Shown: positions 34,894 to 46,032 of the stretch, one piece after another | Position numbering within the stretch: the stretch's first letter is position 1 | Layout: each line of letters begins with the position of its first letter | IMG/VR virus record: IMGVR_UViG_3300005529_000023 | Span: 1 to 64,000 of that record | From: a virus | Length of the DNA: 64,000 bases | Strand: one strand, 5' to 3' | The notes under the pieces: model-generated | What the model was told of the DNA's origin: nothing | What the model saw: the letters and a program-made list of their open reading frames with translations, nothing else | Database searches by the model: none | Program-made: the position numbers and the translations under genes

Positions 34894-37512
34894 ATGGGCT
34901 TATTTGACAATCCATCCTCAATCGCTAGCGATGCCGCTAATCAGATCAAGAGCACAACCGATGGTTTGGTTGATAGCGCTCTAGGAGCCATTGGGCTGAA
35001 GCAAAAGAACTCCATCAAGGGTCAAGGCGGTGCTGCCCCTTGGTCGAACCTCAGTAGCCCATTCTTCAAGTACATCACGATTAAGCCTGATAAATGGGAT
35101 CAGCTATTCCCATATCGTTTACTTGTCGTAGATACTATCAAGAACGTGGTTGTGAACGGCACAACTACGACTAGCATCACCGTCACAGGTGGGAGCGACA
35201 ATGCGATCGTGAACTTCGAGCCTCTTGGCAGGCAGTGGATCTTCACTCTTCCCATTAGTCCTCAGCAATTGAGCATCACAGATCAGTATGCAATCAACAC
35301 CACAGCTACCCTTCGTGGCGTGCTGGAAGAGCACGGTGGCGTGAAGTTCAAGATGATTGCTGCAACCGGCACAATGGGTGTCTGGCCCTATCGTACTAGT
35401 GTAACCTCTCCTCCAAAGAGTCCTACGATCCTGCAATCGTTGTTTGGCGGCACTATCGAAGCCTTTGGAAATTTGGTTAACCAGGCACAGAAGGTCATCA
35501 ATACCGCCACTGGAAACCATCCTGCAAATAAACCTATTACAAAGCGTCCAGAGGTCTCCGATGCAGGCGCGAACAGTACTGGTTATTACCATGCCATGGC
35601 TCTACATCAGTTCTTGGAGCAGTACGCTGAGGCAAAGAAAGATCCTGCGAATGCCGGATGGCGCCTAGTCTTCGACATTCCAAAGCAGAACACTTCCTAT
35701 GTGGTCACTCCAGTTCAGTATATCTGGAACCAGAATGCGAATAAGCCAATGGAGATCATGTACTCCTTCCAGCTCAAGGCTTGGAGGCGTATTGATCTTC
35801 AGGAGAAGGTTTCTCCAACCGTTCCTTCTATTCAGCCCATCAGCCCAGGAATCCTACAAAGGATTATGAATACGATCAGTGCGGCTAGACAGACTACCAG
35901 CGCTGCGACTAGTTTGATTGGAGCAGTTCGTTCGGATGTCGAGACTCCTCTTGATGTTTTACGCCAAACTTCGCTTTTAGTGAAGGATTTGGCGGGTGTC
36001 GCTGTTACGGCGGCAGACTTGCCATTCCAGCTGCAGCGTGACTACGCAAGCTCTATCGCTGCTTCCATGGCTATTTTGGCTAGTTCGATTTCTAGCAGCA
36101 ACTCTGATCCTACAGACAGAGCAAATTTGAATGCGATTGTAGCAGCCCAAAATAAAAATGAAGGTCTTTCGCTGAGCAATGTGGCTGGCGGCCAGCTTGG
36201 AGTGTCTGCAGCGCAGGCTCAATCCGTAGATCCATCGAATAACATCTTCTCAAATCCAGCCAATAACTTCACTTTGATGGACTCCGTTCCCGTTACTAGC
36301 TTAACTCTCAATGCTGCCCAGCAAAATGCGGTAGATCAAGCGATTCAGGCCGCACGTTCTCTTACGGTGGACGATCTAAAGCAGTATAGGGCTACGATCC
36401 AAACTCTAGCACTTCAACTTTCCAATAGTTTCGGAACCGGAGCTGCTTTTTACAGCAAGGTTTACAATACACCAGCTCCAACTACCAGAATTCAGCCTAT
36501 CACTCTTGATGAGTACGATATTTTGAAGTCTTTGTATGACGTAATGCAATCCTATGACATTCTAACCGCTACTACTCAGGTCGATGATGCTAATAAGCAG
36601 ACCAATATGGAATATGTAGCTGGTCTAGCGGACGCTTCTGGTATTCAGTTCAGCATTCCAAACAGTAAAGTTCTAGCCCCAGTTCCTTTTGGACTTTCAA
36701 TTGAGGGTATAGCACTTCGCTATTTAGGTGACGCTCAGCGTTGGCTTGAGATTGCCACCTTGAACAACCTCAGAGATCCGTACATTGATGAGGATGGGTT
36801 CCAGCTAACCTTGCTATCCAATGCATCTGGTCGCCAAATTACGATTTCAGACATCACAAATCTGTACATTGGTCAGCGTGTTCTTCTCGAAAGTAGCACT
36901 CAGGTTCCATCTGCTAGAGTAATTCTTGGTATCGACCGTCTTTCGGATACCAGCTTCCTCATTACTTTGGATGGCGCTCCAAATCTAGATAATTTTGTCA
37001 CCGCCGATGGCGCTTATCTTCAGGCTTATCTTCCGGGAACGGTGAACAGCCAACAGAAAATCTTCATTCCAAGTGATCAGGCAGTTCCAAATGATCCGAA
37101 CATTGTAGTTCCTTCTTCAACTTCCAACGATCCTCTTACCGGGCTCAGCAAAGTTGACTGGCTTTTGACCGATTCTGGCGATTTGGCCGTAAATAGCTTC
37201 GGAGACTTCCGTTACTCCAGTGGAATTACCAATATTATTCAAGCTTTAAAGCTAAAAGTAGGTACTCAGAAGGGTACAATACTGACCCACCCTGAATTTG
37301 GTCTCGGAATTCGTTCAGGGATCATGAATTCTGATTTTTCAGTCCAGGATTTGTACAATTCCATCACTAAATTGCTCGAAGAAGATCCAAGATTTCAAGG
37401 ACTTGACACTTTGCAGGTCAGTTTGAATGGTCCTACTTTGAATATCAACATGGGCGTCATTCTTGCGGGCCAACAGGGCGTATTTCCTGTAAATTTCAAT
37501 CTCACGACCTGA
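34894..37512 (+). CDS. baseplate protein: tube-initiator-like N-terminus, LysM-like domain and C-terminal gp25-like domain
   Basis: SIEGIALRYLGDAQRWLEIATLNNLRDPY (LysM-like); GDLAVNSFGDF..SGITNIIQAL..KGTILTHPEFG (gp25/DUF2634-like). Confidence 0.7.
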   Translation: MGLFDNPSSIASDAANQIKSTTDGLVDSALGAIGLKQKNSIKGQGGAAPWSNLSSPFFKYITIKPDKWDQLFPYRLLVVDTIKNVVVNGTTTTSITVTGGSDNAIVNFEPLGRQWIFTLPISPQQLSITDQYAINTTATLRGVLEEHGGVKFKMIAATGTMGVWPYRTSVTSPPKSPTILQSLFGGTIEAFGNLVNQAQKVINTATGNHPANKPITKRPEVSDAGANSTGYYHAMALHQFLEQYAEAKKDPANAGWRLVFDIPKQNTSYVVTPVQYIWNQNANKPMEIMYSFQLKAWRRIDLQEKVSPTVPSIQPISPGILQRIMNTISAARQTTSAATSLIGAVRSDVETPLDVLRQTSLLVKDLAGVAVTAADLPFQLQRDYASSIAASMAILASSISSSNSDPTDRANLNAIVAAQNKNEGLSLSNVAGGQLGVSAAQAQSVDPSNNIFSNPANNFTLMDSVPVTSLTLNAAQQNAVDQAIQAARSLTVDDLKQYRATIQTLALQLSNSFGTGAAFYSKVYNTPAPTTRIQPITLDEYDILKSLYDVMQSYDILTATTQVDDANKQTNMEYVAGLADASGIQFSIPNSKVLAPVPFGLSIEGIALRYLGDAQRWLEIATLNNLRDPYIDEDGFQLTLLSNASGRQITISDITNLYIGQRVLLESSTQVPSARVILGIDRLSDTSFLITLDGAPNLDNFVTADGAYLQAYLPGTVNSQQKIFIPSDQAVPNDPNIVVPSSTSNDPLTGLSKVDWLLTDSGDLAVNSFGDFRYSSGITNIIQALKLKVGTQKGTILTHPEFGLGIRSGIMNSDFSVQDLYNSITKLLEEDPRFQGLDTLQVSLNGPTLNINMGVILAGQQGVFPVNFNLTT

Positions 37513-37537
37513 TATAGCTAGTCAGATGCCGAGAACC

Positions 37538-37544
37538 CAATCTT
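37538..37544 (+). promoter_or_regulatory. putative late-promoter motif
   Basis: GAGAACC-CAATCTT-TA. Confidence 0.55.
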
Positions 37545-37564
37545 TAATGGGTAACGGAGTTTAG

Positions 37565-40500
37565 ATGGCTAACAACAATATCGTCACAAGCGGGCTACCT
37601 ACCCCTGAAAGTTACGAACAGCTTTTGTCGGATATGCTTTCTGCATATGCTGCAAAGCAGGGTATTAACGATTTCAACGTAGGATCTGCAGTTACGAGCT
37701 TCTTTGAAGTCGTAGCGCTAGTTACCGCTCGTACATCTGGAGATTTGTTCCAGATCCTTAGAGATTTTTCTGTCGATCGCGCTACCGGCGATGCTTTGAA
37801 GCGTCTAGCTGCTGAAAACAACGTAACTCCAATCTCCGCTCGCCCAACCACGGGACTTGTAAGCGTAATTGATGACTCTTTTACCAAGATTTTCACCAAG
37901 ATCTATGCTGGAGCCAATCCTCCAAACGTAGGATCTACTCAGATCAAGGTCAGTGATGCCTCGGCGTTTACTCCTACAGGCAACGTCTACCTTGGCCGTG
38001 GCACTCCAAACGTAGAAGGTCCAATTCCTTATACTTCTGTCGCTCAGAGCGGCGCCTTTTGGGTGATCAATCTTTCGAGCCCAACGACAAAGTTTCACAA
38101 TCTCGGTGAAACGGTTATTCTTGCTCAGGGCGGAAACCGTTCAATCGGTACAAACAACATTGTCATCTCTCCCGGTGTAGGTTCCAGCGCTGACATTCAG
38201 TATAGCGTCACTTCTACTGCGGTAATCCTAGACGGTGAAACCGAAGTCGATAACGTAGAAGTTACCGCAGTCCTACCGGGCTCAGCTGGCAACGTTCCAT
38301 CTGGCGCAATCAAGCAGTTCGCCTCTGCTCCATTTTCGGGAGCTACGGTTACCAACCCTCTTCCATTTGATACTGGCGCAGACAGCGAGACTGACGACCA
38401 GCTTCGTGTTCGCATCAAGCGCGCTCTAGCATCTATCGGTCTTGGAACCGCAACTGCCGTCAAAGCCGCACTTATTGGTGCTACGCCTTCGGATGAAAAT
38501 GCTACCATCGTTAGCGATTCTATCGTCCAAAATACTGATGGCTCTGCTACAGTCTACATTGATACCGGCAATGGCTATGAAGCTAAGTCTTCTGGCGTTG
38601 GTCTGGAATCTATCGTAGACAGCGCTCTAGGTGGAGAAGACTTCTTCCAGCTTCAGACAGGCGGACGCCAAGCTCCAGTTGCTAAAGCATTCCTACAGTC
38701 CACATTGGCCGCCCCGTTCGATCTTATCGGTGGAGATACTCTAGCTGTAGTCGTAGGTGGAGTCACTTATCAGCACGTCTTTGCAACCTCGGATTTCCTA
38801 AGTCCAGGCGGAGCAACGGCGTTCGAAGTAACTGCTTCGATCAATGCCGACACTACTCTTGGATTTGAAGCGACAACCGCTGGCGGAGGCATCTACGTTG
38901 TTCTCCGTGCAAAGGCTGAAACCAACGATAATATCCATACAGCTGTTCCAACTACCAATGGTCGAGACGCATCGGTTCAGATGGGCATGCCATCCAACAC
39001 TATCGAAACACTTCGTTTGTACAAAAACGGTGTTCCTCTAAGTAAGGATGGGGCGACAGCTACGATCTTCAGCCAAGAACAATCGTTTTGGTCTTCTACT
39101 ATTGCGAACGGCGACGACATCATCCTATCGGTTGATGGAACAGCGCCAATTACCTATACAATTCTAGACACGGATTTCATTGCCACTGGACTATACACCA
39201 GCGTTGCTCCAACCAACTCTTTGGCTTCGTGGGTACAAGTACTTAATGCCAAACTTACCGGCGTTACGGTATCTATTGTAGGAACACAGCTTGAGATCAC
39301 AAGCAACTTGGGCGCAAGCAATCGCGCCGCTGTAAGTATTGATCCATCGTCTACTTTGGTTAGCAAGGGAATGTTTAGCTCTACCCTTGGTTTATCTTCT
39401 CAGGGTAAAGCTTCCGACTTCACGCTGGATAGAAACACTGCACAGTTCGAACTCGACACTCCTTTGGCGGCAGGCGATAAGCTTCAGGCTGGTAGCTTGA
39501 ATACGCAGGCTACAGTGGAAAGCACTCAGATTTCCGGTGGAAGTATTACTTTCGCTGCAGACGCCCATGTTTGGCTACTGATCGACAATCCAGGAACGGT
39601 TATCGCAACTGGCGTTGCTGGAAATACTACCCTGAGCGTTTCTAAGCCATCCTCAAACGTTATCCGTTATACTTCGAACATTTCGAACGCTTTTGCGAAT
39701 GTTGTTCCAGGTGATTACGTTATCATCTGGTCAGCAGAGCTAGATCCAACGGATCGAATCGAAGGACGTGTCAATGCCGTTGCACCAACTACGCTAGACG
39801 TTCTAGTTACACCAACAGAATGGGCAGCAGCTGCAACGACTATCTCACCAGTTACATTCTTTGATGGTTTCGTAATTCTAAGAAGTAAACTATCTCCACA
39901 AAAATTCAGAGTTCAGGCCGGAACTAAGAGCCTAGATCAAATCGCTCAAGAACTTCAAAATCAAACAGAAAGTTTGGCCTTCACTGTACTCCAGGGACAG
40001 TTCCTCGTCGTAAGTTCCACTACGATGGATTCCTCTGGAAATATATTGGTTGTTACCGCAGATGCTCAAGGAAAGCTGATGGGGTTGCCAATCAATACTT
40101 CGGATGCAAGCAAGGACTCGTTGATTGCATTCTACGATAGCGGGGACTTTGAAGCGGATTTCCCTCTATTCTTCCATTCCCCATTCGCTTCGGGTGTATC
40201 TGCTAACCCAATCGATAGTTTCATCACTTCGGTTCAATCGGCAAACTCATTCTCTAGCGATCCAAATGCTTTGATTTCGATCTTGCATCCTTATGGATCG
40301 GTTGGAGATGCACAGCCATACGGCGAAGATACGCAGATGACTTCTCTTTCTGGAACCACAATGGGTATTGTGGCCCAACCAGATATTCGTCGCTTGCGCT
40401 CTGTTGACCGTTTCTATTTAGCTAATCCTCTAGACTTCGGCCATCAGGATACAGCTGTCGTAGTTTTGGATGGTGATTCAAGCGGTAAGAGTTTTGAAAT

Positions 40501-43500
40501 TCCCTTCTATCGTAGAGGTATTGCAAACACTTCTTTTGCTTCGAACCCATACAATTTCAACGCTTATGACGTTGACTCTGGCGCTACTGCAAATTTCGTA
40601 TCTGCATTTGGTGCCGGTTTTAACTTCGCAAACTACAAAGTTTTGATGCAAGCCAAGAAGGTATTGAAGCCAACTCCTGCCCAGACAGCAATTCTCTATA
40701 GAGCTACAATGTGGGGCAGAAGCGGCGAAAAGATCAACGTCGGTTACGTGTATCCTTCCGTGCCAAACGCGCCTATCGGAAGCACTGTAGTTGTGGGATC
40801 TTCTGTTCCAATCAGAATCAACTTGCAGTCTGGTGCTCTAGCATCGACTTCTATCGATGCTTCTACGCAATGGAACGTGACTATTACAGCAAACACTCCT
40901 CTAGCTGGTATCGATCAAGTCACTTATACTTGGACTGGAACTGGGACTAACCCAGCGTTGAGCCTATCTGGTGGCGAGTACGTCAACATTTTACCTTCTT
41001 CTGGATTTAGCCTAGCAAACACGGGCATCTTTAGAGTTTCTACGCAGGGTGGCTTTACCCCAACCGCTACTTCGTTCAGCGTCCAGAGAAAGACTGGTTT
41101 TGCAGTTGCTGAATCCAACAAACTAACTGGCGTAAATAACGCCATTACCTTCTATCAGCCTTTGGCGACAACGGCTGCCGCAGTCGCCGCTTATGTTGCT
41201 GCAAACCTTACTCAGTATGTTTCTGCGACCCTTGTAAACGATAGTGGCAGTTCCGGCAGTGGCGTTATCGGCTTGAGCACTTTCGAAGATAGTGGCTTCA
41301 CTTTCGATAGCGTTCAACTTCTGGACGGCATCAATTGGATCGCTTCGAGCAATCTCAGTGGCTCACCTCAGTTCGTATTCAAGTCTCCCCTATCGCTCCC
41401 AACGGATGTAGGGTATGCTTTCAATAACGGCGAAGAAGTACGCTTGATCCCAACCACGATGGAACAGGTTCAAGCACTAATCTCTGTTTTAGCAGTAAGT
41501 GGATTCACTACGGTTGGCAATGCCTTCGTGGTTGATCGTGCTAAGAGGCTCGAACTGGCCACCAGTGTTCTAGGTTCCAGCGGCGCAATTCAGATCATTG
41601 GTGGTCTCGCCAACGAATATCAAGTTCCTATCCTCGACTCTGCATCCCGTTTCGATAACACCTATATGTCGGTGTCAGTTGATTCCGTGTCGTCTCAGGG
41701 CGTACACAGCGATCAGTGGTTCCGTCTACAGGCTACACAGATCCAGAACAAAATTGCAGGCTTGTCTTCGAATTCCAGCGTAACCGCCGTTGGTAGTTCG
41801 CCAATCGGCGGAGAGTCTACTATTACTCTTCTCGGACGCACCTTGACTCAGCGCTACTTCGGTAAGCCAAGGCACAGTGTGAGAGTTCGTGGCGACACCT
41901 TCCGTGTTGAAAAGCAAGGAAGTTTAGTTTGCATTAGCTGGAATGGACAAGGTACCAACCCTACCTTCGTAAAGAATCCATTGAATTTCAACGACGGCGG
42001 CGGAGGCACGCTCAACGTTGCCTTGGTTCCTAGTACGAGCGAAGCCCAATATGTTATCTTGACTGGGAACACTAACTTCACCGAACTTTCCATCGGTGAC
42101 TTAGTAACGGTAGCTGGCTTACCTGTCTCTGGCAATAATGGTACCTTCCTAGTTACTGGTGTATCGGATGATGGTAAAACCATTCAGGTTCTAAATCCAA
42201 ATGCTCAGAATGAATTCTCAAGCGGTACTTATACTCTTGTCACAAACTCTTCACCAGGCGATACCTTCACTGTCGGAGGTCATGCTTTGGTTGCGGGTAC
42301 AGATTTCACTATCGGTGGATCTGCAAACATTACAGCTTCCAACTTAGCAGCTACTATTGCAACGATCTCGCAGGTTGCTGCATCGGCAAACAACAATGTT
42401 GTTACGGTCAAGGGTACTTTCGTAGGACAGTCCCTTTCTCTCGCCTATAGCGGTACTGGAACGGTCACTTTAAGCGGTTCTTCGATCGTAGGAGATTCCT
42501 TTGTGGCCGGCAACTTCTCGGCTTCTAGCGGTGTTTCTGAAGGCGATACGGTCATAATGACTGCTCCTTTCTCTATCTTGAATCAAGGACGTTTCAGGGT
42601 CATTCGTCAGAATAGTAACAGTATTTGGATCGAGAATCCAAACGCTGTCGAAGAAGAAGTGGCCCTAGTTTCTAACTTGATTAGCCTAGGCTTTGATTCA
42701 ACGACTTCTTTCCAGGTCAACGCTACAAACCATAGCTTCTATCTAAGATGGACAGGCGTTGGAACAGAGCCCCACCTTGAAAACGCCAACATGGGCGATG
42801 TGCTTCGTGTAGGCACTGATTTCAATGCTTCCAACCGTGGCGACTTCATGGTTCTACGTTCTGGCGTAAAGTTACAGCAGATTTCGCAACTCACAGTTCC
42901 AACGGGCGCACAGTTCGTTCTAAGCGGAGCTGGTAAGTACTTTACCGTCTATAACGCTGGTAATATCAACGGTTACTATGTTTGGTACAACGTAAACGGA
43001 TCGAACTCGGACCCTGCTCCTGGCGGTGGATTGACTGGCGTACAAGTCGCAATCCTAAGCGGTGATAGCGCAGTAAGCGTTGCAGCTAAGACGGCCACAG
43101 CCATCACTGGCGGGACAGTCGGATTGACGGCTTCGGCAGCTAACGGCATTGTTACAGTTACGACTACCGGCTTTGTTGAAACAAACGATCCAGCCAATGT
43201 CAACGTTCCTGCTCCATTTGCAGTTCTGGTAACTCAAGAAGGTCGTCGTACATTCCTAGAATGTATCAGCCCAAGTGCAGTGAACGAATCGTCTGTTTTG
43301 GTTACTGGCGGTGTCCTAGAGTGTAATCGTCCTCAAATGCTCTTCTCTGAATATGAAGCAGCTGTTCCAGGCGATCTATTCTTGGTCGCAGGATCTGTCC
43401 TTGGCCCAACAAACGCCGGATCTTATGCAATCAAGCAGGTTCTAAGTCGCGACAGCGCTATTGTTACTGGAACTCTATCCAGCATAACAAATGTCAGTTT

Positions 43501-44140
43501 GAACGGTAATGAGACAGCAGTCCTAATTCAGGAAGGCGTCGCCTACTCTGGTTACAAGCAGGTTTGGTTGTCCTCGGCAGAGCCAGGGGCAGCTTCTCGC
43601 AATACACTATTGTTCAATACCAATGCGCAGTATCAAAAGGTAGATGAGTCTGCTGGAGTACAGATGGTATCTGTTGGAAAACTCAACTTCAATACTACGG
43701 TAAGAAGTGGTCTCGACAGTTACAGGTTCAACACGGGTGCTATCGCTGAAGCAAATCGTATCATCTATGGCGACCCAAGAGACGCAACTACCTATCCAGG
43801 CGTTGGGGCAGCAGGAGCCGACATCTTTGTTCGCGAGCCTTTAACTCGTCGTATTCAGCTTTCGCTCGACATTCGTCTGTTGACGGGTGCTCCATTCAAC
43901 ACTGTTTCTCAGCAAGTTCGCAGTAGCGTTGCATCTCTGATCAATTCTAATCCTGTTGGTCAGTCTATCGACATCAGCTCGATCCTGAGCGCTGTGAGAT
44001 CAATCCCAGGTGTTCAATCTGTGGCAATTGATAGTCCAGCCTTTAGTGCAACTAGCGACTTGATCCAAATTGCTCCAAGTGAAAAGGCAAGAATTCTAGA
44101 TCCAACCCTAGACATTTCGGTCAACCAGATTGGTAGTTAA
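37565..44140 (+). CDS. very large baseplate J-like wedge protein (2191 aa)
   Basis: N-terminal J motifs (FSVDRATGDALKRLA; GSAGNVPSGAI; GADSETDDQLRVR); C-terminal J domain (LINSNPVGQSI..IPGVQSV); about 1700-aa beta-rich insert. Confidence 0.85.
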   Translation: MANNNIVTSGLPTPESYEQLLSDMLSAYAAKQGINDFNVGSAVTSFFEVVALVTARTSGDLFQILRDFSVDRATGDALKRLAAENNVTPISARPTTGLVSVIDDSFTKIFTKIYAGANPPNVGSTQIKVSDASAFTPTGNVYLGRGTPNVEGPIPYTSVAQSGAFWVINLSSPTTKFHNLGETVILAQGGNRSIGTNNIVISPGVGSSADIQYSVTSTAVILDGETEVDNVEVTAVLPGSAGNVPSGAIKQFASAPFSGATVTNPLPFDTGADSETDDQLRVRIKRALASIGLGTATAVKAALIGATPSDENATIVSDSIVQNTDGSATVYIDTGNGYEAKSSGVGLESIVDSALGGEDFFQLQTGGRQAPVAKAFLQSTLAAPFDLIGGDTLAVVVGGVTYQHVFATSDFLSPGGATAFEVTASINADTTLGFEATTAGGGIYVVLRAKAETNDNIHTAVPTTNGRDASVQMGMPSNTIETLRLYKNGVPLSKDGATATIFSQEQSFWSSTIANGDDIILSVDGTAPITYTILDTDFIATGLYTSVAPTNSLASWVQVLNAKLTGVTVSIVGTQLEITSNLGASNRAAVSIDPSSTLVSKGMFSSTLGLSSQGKASDFTLDRNTAQFELDTPLAAGDKLQAGSLNTQATVESTQISGGSITFAADAHVWLLIDNPGTVIATGVAGNTTLSVSKPSSNVIRYTSNISNAFANVVPGDYVIIWSAELDPTDRIEGRVNAVAPTTLDVLVTPTEWAAAATTISPVTFFDGFVILRSKLSPQKFRVQAGTKSLDQIAQELQNQTESLAFTVLQGQFLVVSSTTMDSSGNILVVTADAQGKLMGLPINTSDASKDSLIAFYDSGDFEADFPLFFHSPFASGVSANPIDSFITSVQSANSFSSDPNALISILHPYGSVGDAQPYGEDTQMTSLSGTTMGIVAQPDIRRLRSVDRFYLANPLDFGHQDTAVVVLDGDSSGKSFEIPFYRRGIANTSFASNPYNFNAYDVDSGATANFVSAFGAGFNFANYKVLMQAKKVLKPTPAQTAILYRATMWGRSGEKINVGYVYPSVPNAPIGSTVVVGSSVPIRINLQSGALASTSIDASTQWNVTITANTPLAGIDQVTYTWTGTGTNPALSLSGGEYVNILPSSGFSLANTGIFRVSTQGGFTPTATSFSVQRKTGFAVAESNKLTGVNNAITFYQPLATTAAAVAAYVAANLTQYVSATLVNDSGSSGSGVIGLSTFEDSGFTFDSVQLLDGINWIASSNLSGSPQFVFKSPLSLPTDVGYAFNNGEEVRLIPTTMEQVQALISVLAVSGFTTVGNAFVVDRAKRLELATSVLGSSGAIQIIGGLANEYQVPILDSASRFDNTYMSVSVDSVSSQGVHSDQWFRLQATQIQNKIAGLSSNSSVTAVGSSPIGGESTITLLGRTLTQRYFGKPRHSVRVRGDTFRVEKQGSLVCISWNGQGTNPTFVKNPLNFNDGGGGTLNVALVPSTSEAQYVILTGNTNFTELSIGDLVTVAGLPVSGNNGTFLVTGVSDDGKTIQVLNPNAQNEFSSGTYTLVTNSSPGDTFTVGGHALVAGTDFTIGGSANITASNLAATIATISQVAASANNNVVTVKGTFVGQSLSLAYSGTGTVTLSGSSIVGDSFVAGNFSASSGVSEGDTVIMTAPFSILNQGRFRVIRQNSNSIWIENPNAVEEEVALVSNLISLGFDSTTSFQVNATNHSFYLRWTGVGTEPHLENANMGDVLRVGTDFNASNRGDFMVLRSGVKLQQISQLTVPTGAQFVLSGAGKYFTVYNAGNINGYYVWYNVNGSNSDPAPGGGLTGVQVAILSGDSAVSVAAKTATAITGGTVGLTASAANGIVTVTTTGFVETNDPANVNVPAPFAVLVTQEGRRTFLECISPSAVNESSVLVTGGVLECNRPQMLFSEYEAAVPGDLFLVAGSVLGPTNAGSYAIKQVLSRDSAIVTGTLSSITNVSLNGNETAVLIQEGVAYSGYKQVWLSSAEPGAASRNTLLFNTNAQYQKVDESAGVQMVSVGKLNFNTTVRSGLDSYRFNTGAIAEANRIIYGDPRDATTYPGVGAAGADIFVREPLTRRIQLSLDIRLLTGAPFNTVSQQVRSSVASLINSNPVGQSIDISSILSAVRSIPGVQSVAIDSPAFSATSDLIQIAPSEKARILDPTLDISVNQIGS

Positions 44141-44142
44141 AC

Positions 44143-46032
44143 ATGGCCATTACGACCGCTGACGAACAATACAAGAGACTGCGATCCTATCTGAACTCTT
44201 ACATCAAAGGTAAGAATACAGATGCGGTGCTCACTGCTTTGGCCACGGGAAATGCGGCATACCTGATCAACAACGTTGCTGCAGTCAATGACCAACTTTA
44301 CATTACAACGGCCTCGGGCGAATACCTAGATCAACGTCTAGCTGATTTCGGTATCGTAAGGCCACCTTCAGTGGGTCTATCGGACGATGTTTTCCGTCAG
44401 ATCGGCATTGAAGTCAAAAACAGAAAACAGGTCAGAGACCTGATAAATAACCTGCTCGACGCTATTTTTGGCGATGCATTCGTGCGTGCTAACAATCCAG
44501 CTAGAGCTATTGAACCATACAACCTAGCAGATGGCGATACGCTCATCATTAACTTTGATGCGAACAATACCGTGACTCTTAGTTTCAAGGCAGCAGACTT
44601 TCAAAGCATTTCTGCAGCTAAGGCGCAAGAAGTAGCGGACGCTATCACAAAAACCTTAAGAAATTTGGGCTTCAACGGTACTGCGATTTCCCAGAATGAT
44701 GGGAACGGCAATTACGTGAATATTCTTTCCGATACCATTGGCCCCGCTTCCTCAGTCACAGTACTTGGAGGGAGCGCACAAAATCAATTGAGGTTTGATG
44801 CTCCGGTAGCAGCTGGCGGGAATATCTCTACGCAGTGGACTTTGTCCCTACAGCCAGGTGGAGTTATCAGGTTTACTTGGACAGGCGGAGCTAATCCACA
44901 AATTGGCAAAGTAGAAGCGGGTAACTACGTCAACATTTTCGGGGGCGGTTTTGCTTCTTCTACCAATGAGGGAAGTTATACTATCACCAGATCCGTAGGT
45001 GGACTAGTTGGTTCTTCTTTCTTTGAAGTCGTCAATCCCCTTGGTTCGCCAGGTATCGTGACTCAGGGCTCTGCAAATGCAGTTCTATTCTACAACCCTG
45101 TCAGAAAGACTCTTTCAAGTAATCTATCGTTCGCTGCAGCTTACCAAACGCAGGGTAGGGTGCTCCAAATCTTCTTGCCTGCTGCGACTAAGGTTATTCG
45201 CCGTAGTAGAGAGGGATCTGCGCACTTACATGACCCTCCTAATGTACAGTTCACTTTTAATGCAAACCCACATAGCGGCGATCAGTTCTCCTTTACTACG
45301 GGAACTACTTTAACTGCCGGACCAGACTTCGCCATTGGCGGAAACGTGCAGGCTACCATCTTGAATATGGTAACGGCACTTAGTTCTGTTCCTGGGCTCG
45401 ATTCTTTTGCTGGCACCAATACTTTGACGGTGTACCAGGATAGTCTTTCTTTGACTTTGACCGGAACTTACACAGGGGCGCAGGCAATCACAGCAAGTGG
45501 CCCACAGGGAGATCCTACTTCTCTAGAGCCCAACCAACAGGGTCCGTATATGTATGATACTAGCCAGCCTTTCACGGTTAGCAACATCGGAACTGTTTTG
45601 ACCCAGAACCTCGATGGAACAATGGCTAGGGTCTTCTCTGTTAAGGATTCTAGCGAGTTTCCAGATACCCAAGGCTATTTGATTTTTGGTTATGGAAGCC
45701 AGGAACAAGAGGGGCCAGTTCCATACATCTCTCGTCCTTCGAACAACACGCTTTTGATCAGCCCTTCCTACACGGTCAAAACTCCTCATCCATCAGGGAC
45801 CGACGTTGCTCTTGTGGCTCAGAAAGCTCCTGTAACGGTATCCAGGGATGGTTTGAACTTTCCTTTTTATGTTACCGACGTTGTCTCTGGTCGCGTGTAC
45901 GCGCAGGATTTGATCAACAGTATTGCCGCTACCGGAATCAGTATCGTTTTCACGATCCTGTACCCAAGCGATATCGGACTGGGTAAGTGGGGGACTTCTT
46001 TCACTGAAAACCCAACGGTTTGGGGTGAATAA
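44143..46032 (+). CDS. baseplate wedge partner of J
   Basis: TASGEYLDQRLADFGIVRP...SDDVFR motif; follows J. Confidence 0.75.
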   Translation: MAITTADEQYKRLRSYLNSYIKGKNTDAVLTALATGNAAYLINNVAAVNDQLYITTASGEYLDQRLADFGIVRPPSVGLSDDVFRQIGIEVKNRKQVRDLINNLLDAIFGDAFVRANNPARAIEPYNLADGDTLIINFDANNTVTLSFKAADFQSISAAKAQEVADAITKTLRNLGFNGTAISQNDGNGNYVNILSDTIGPASSVTVLGGSAQNQLRFDAPVAAGGNISTQWTLSLQPGGVIRFTWTGGANPQIGKVEAGNYVNIFGGGFASSTNEGSYTITRSVGGLVGSSFFEVVNPLGSPGIVTQGSANAVLFYNPVRKTLSSNLSFAAAYQTQGRVLQIFLPAATKVIRRSREGSAHLHDPPNVQFTFNANPHSGDQFSFTTGTTLTAGPDFAIGGNVQATILNMVTALSSVPGLDSFAGTNTLTVYQDSLSLTLTGTYTGAQAITASGPQGDPTSLEPNQQGPYMYDTSQPFTVSNIGTVLTQNLDGTMARVFSVKDSSEFPDTQGYLIFGYGSQEQEGPVPYISRPSNNTLLISPSYTVKTPHPSGTDVALVAQKAPVTVSRDGLNFPFYVTDVVSGRVYAQDLINSIAATGISIVFTILYPSDIGLGKWGTSFTENPTVWGE

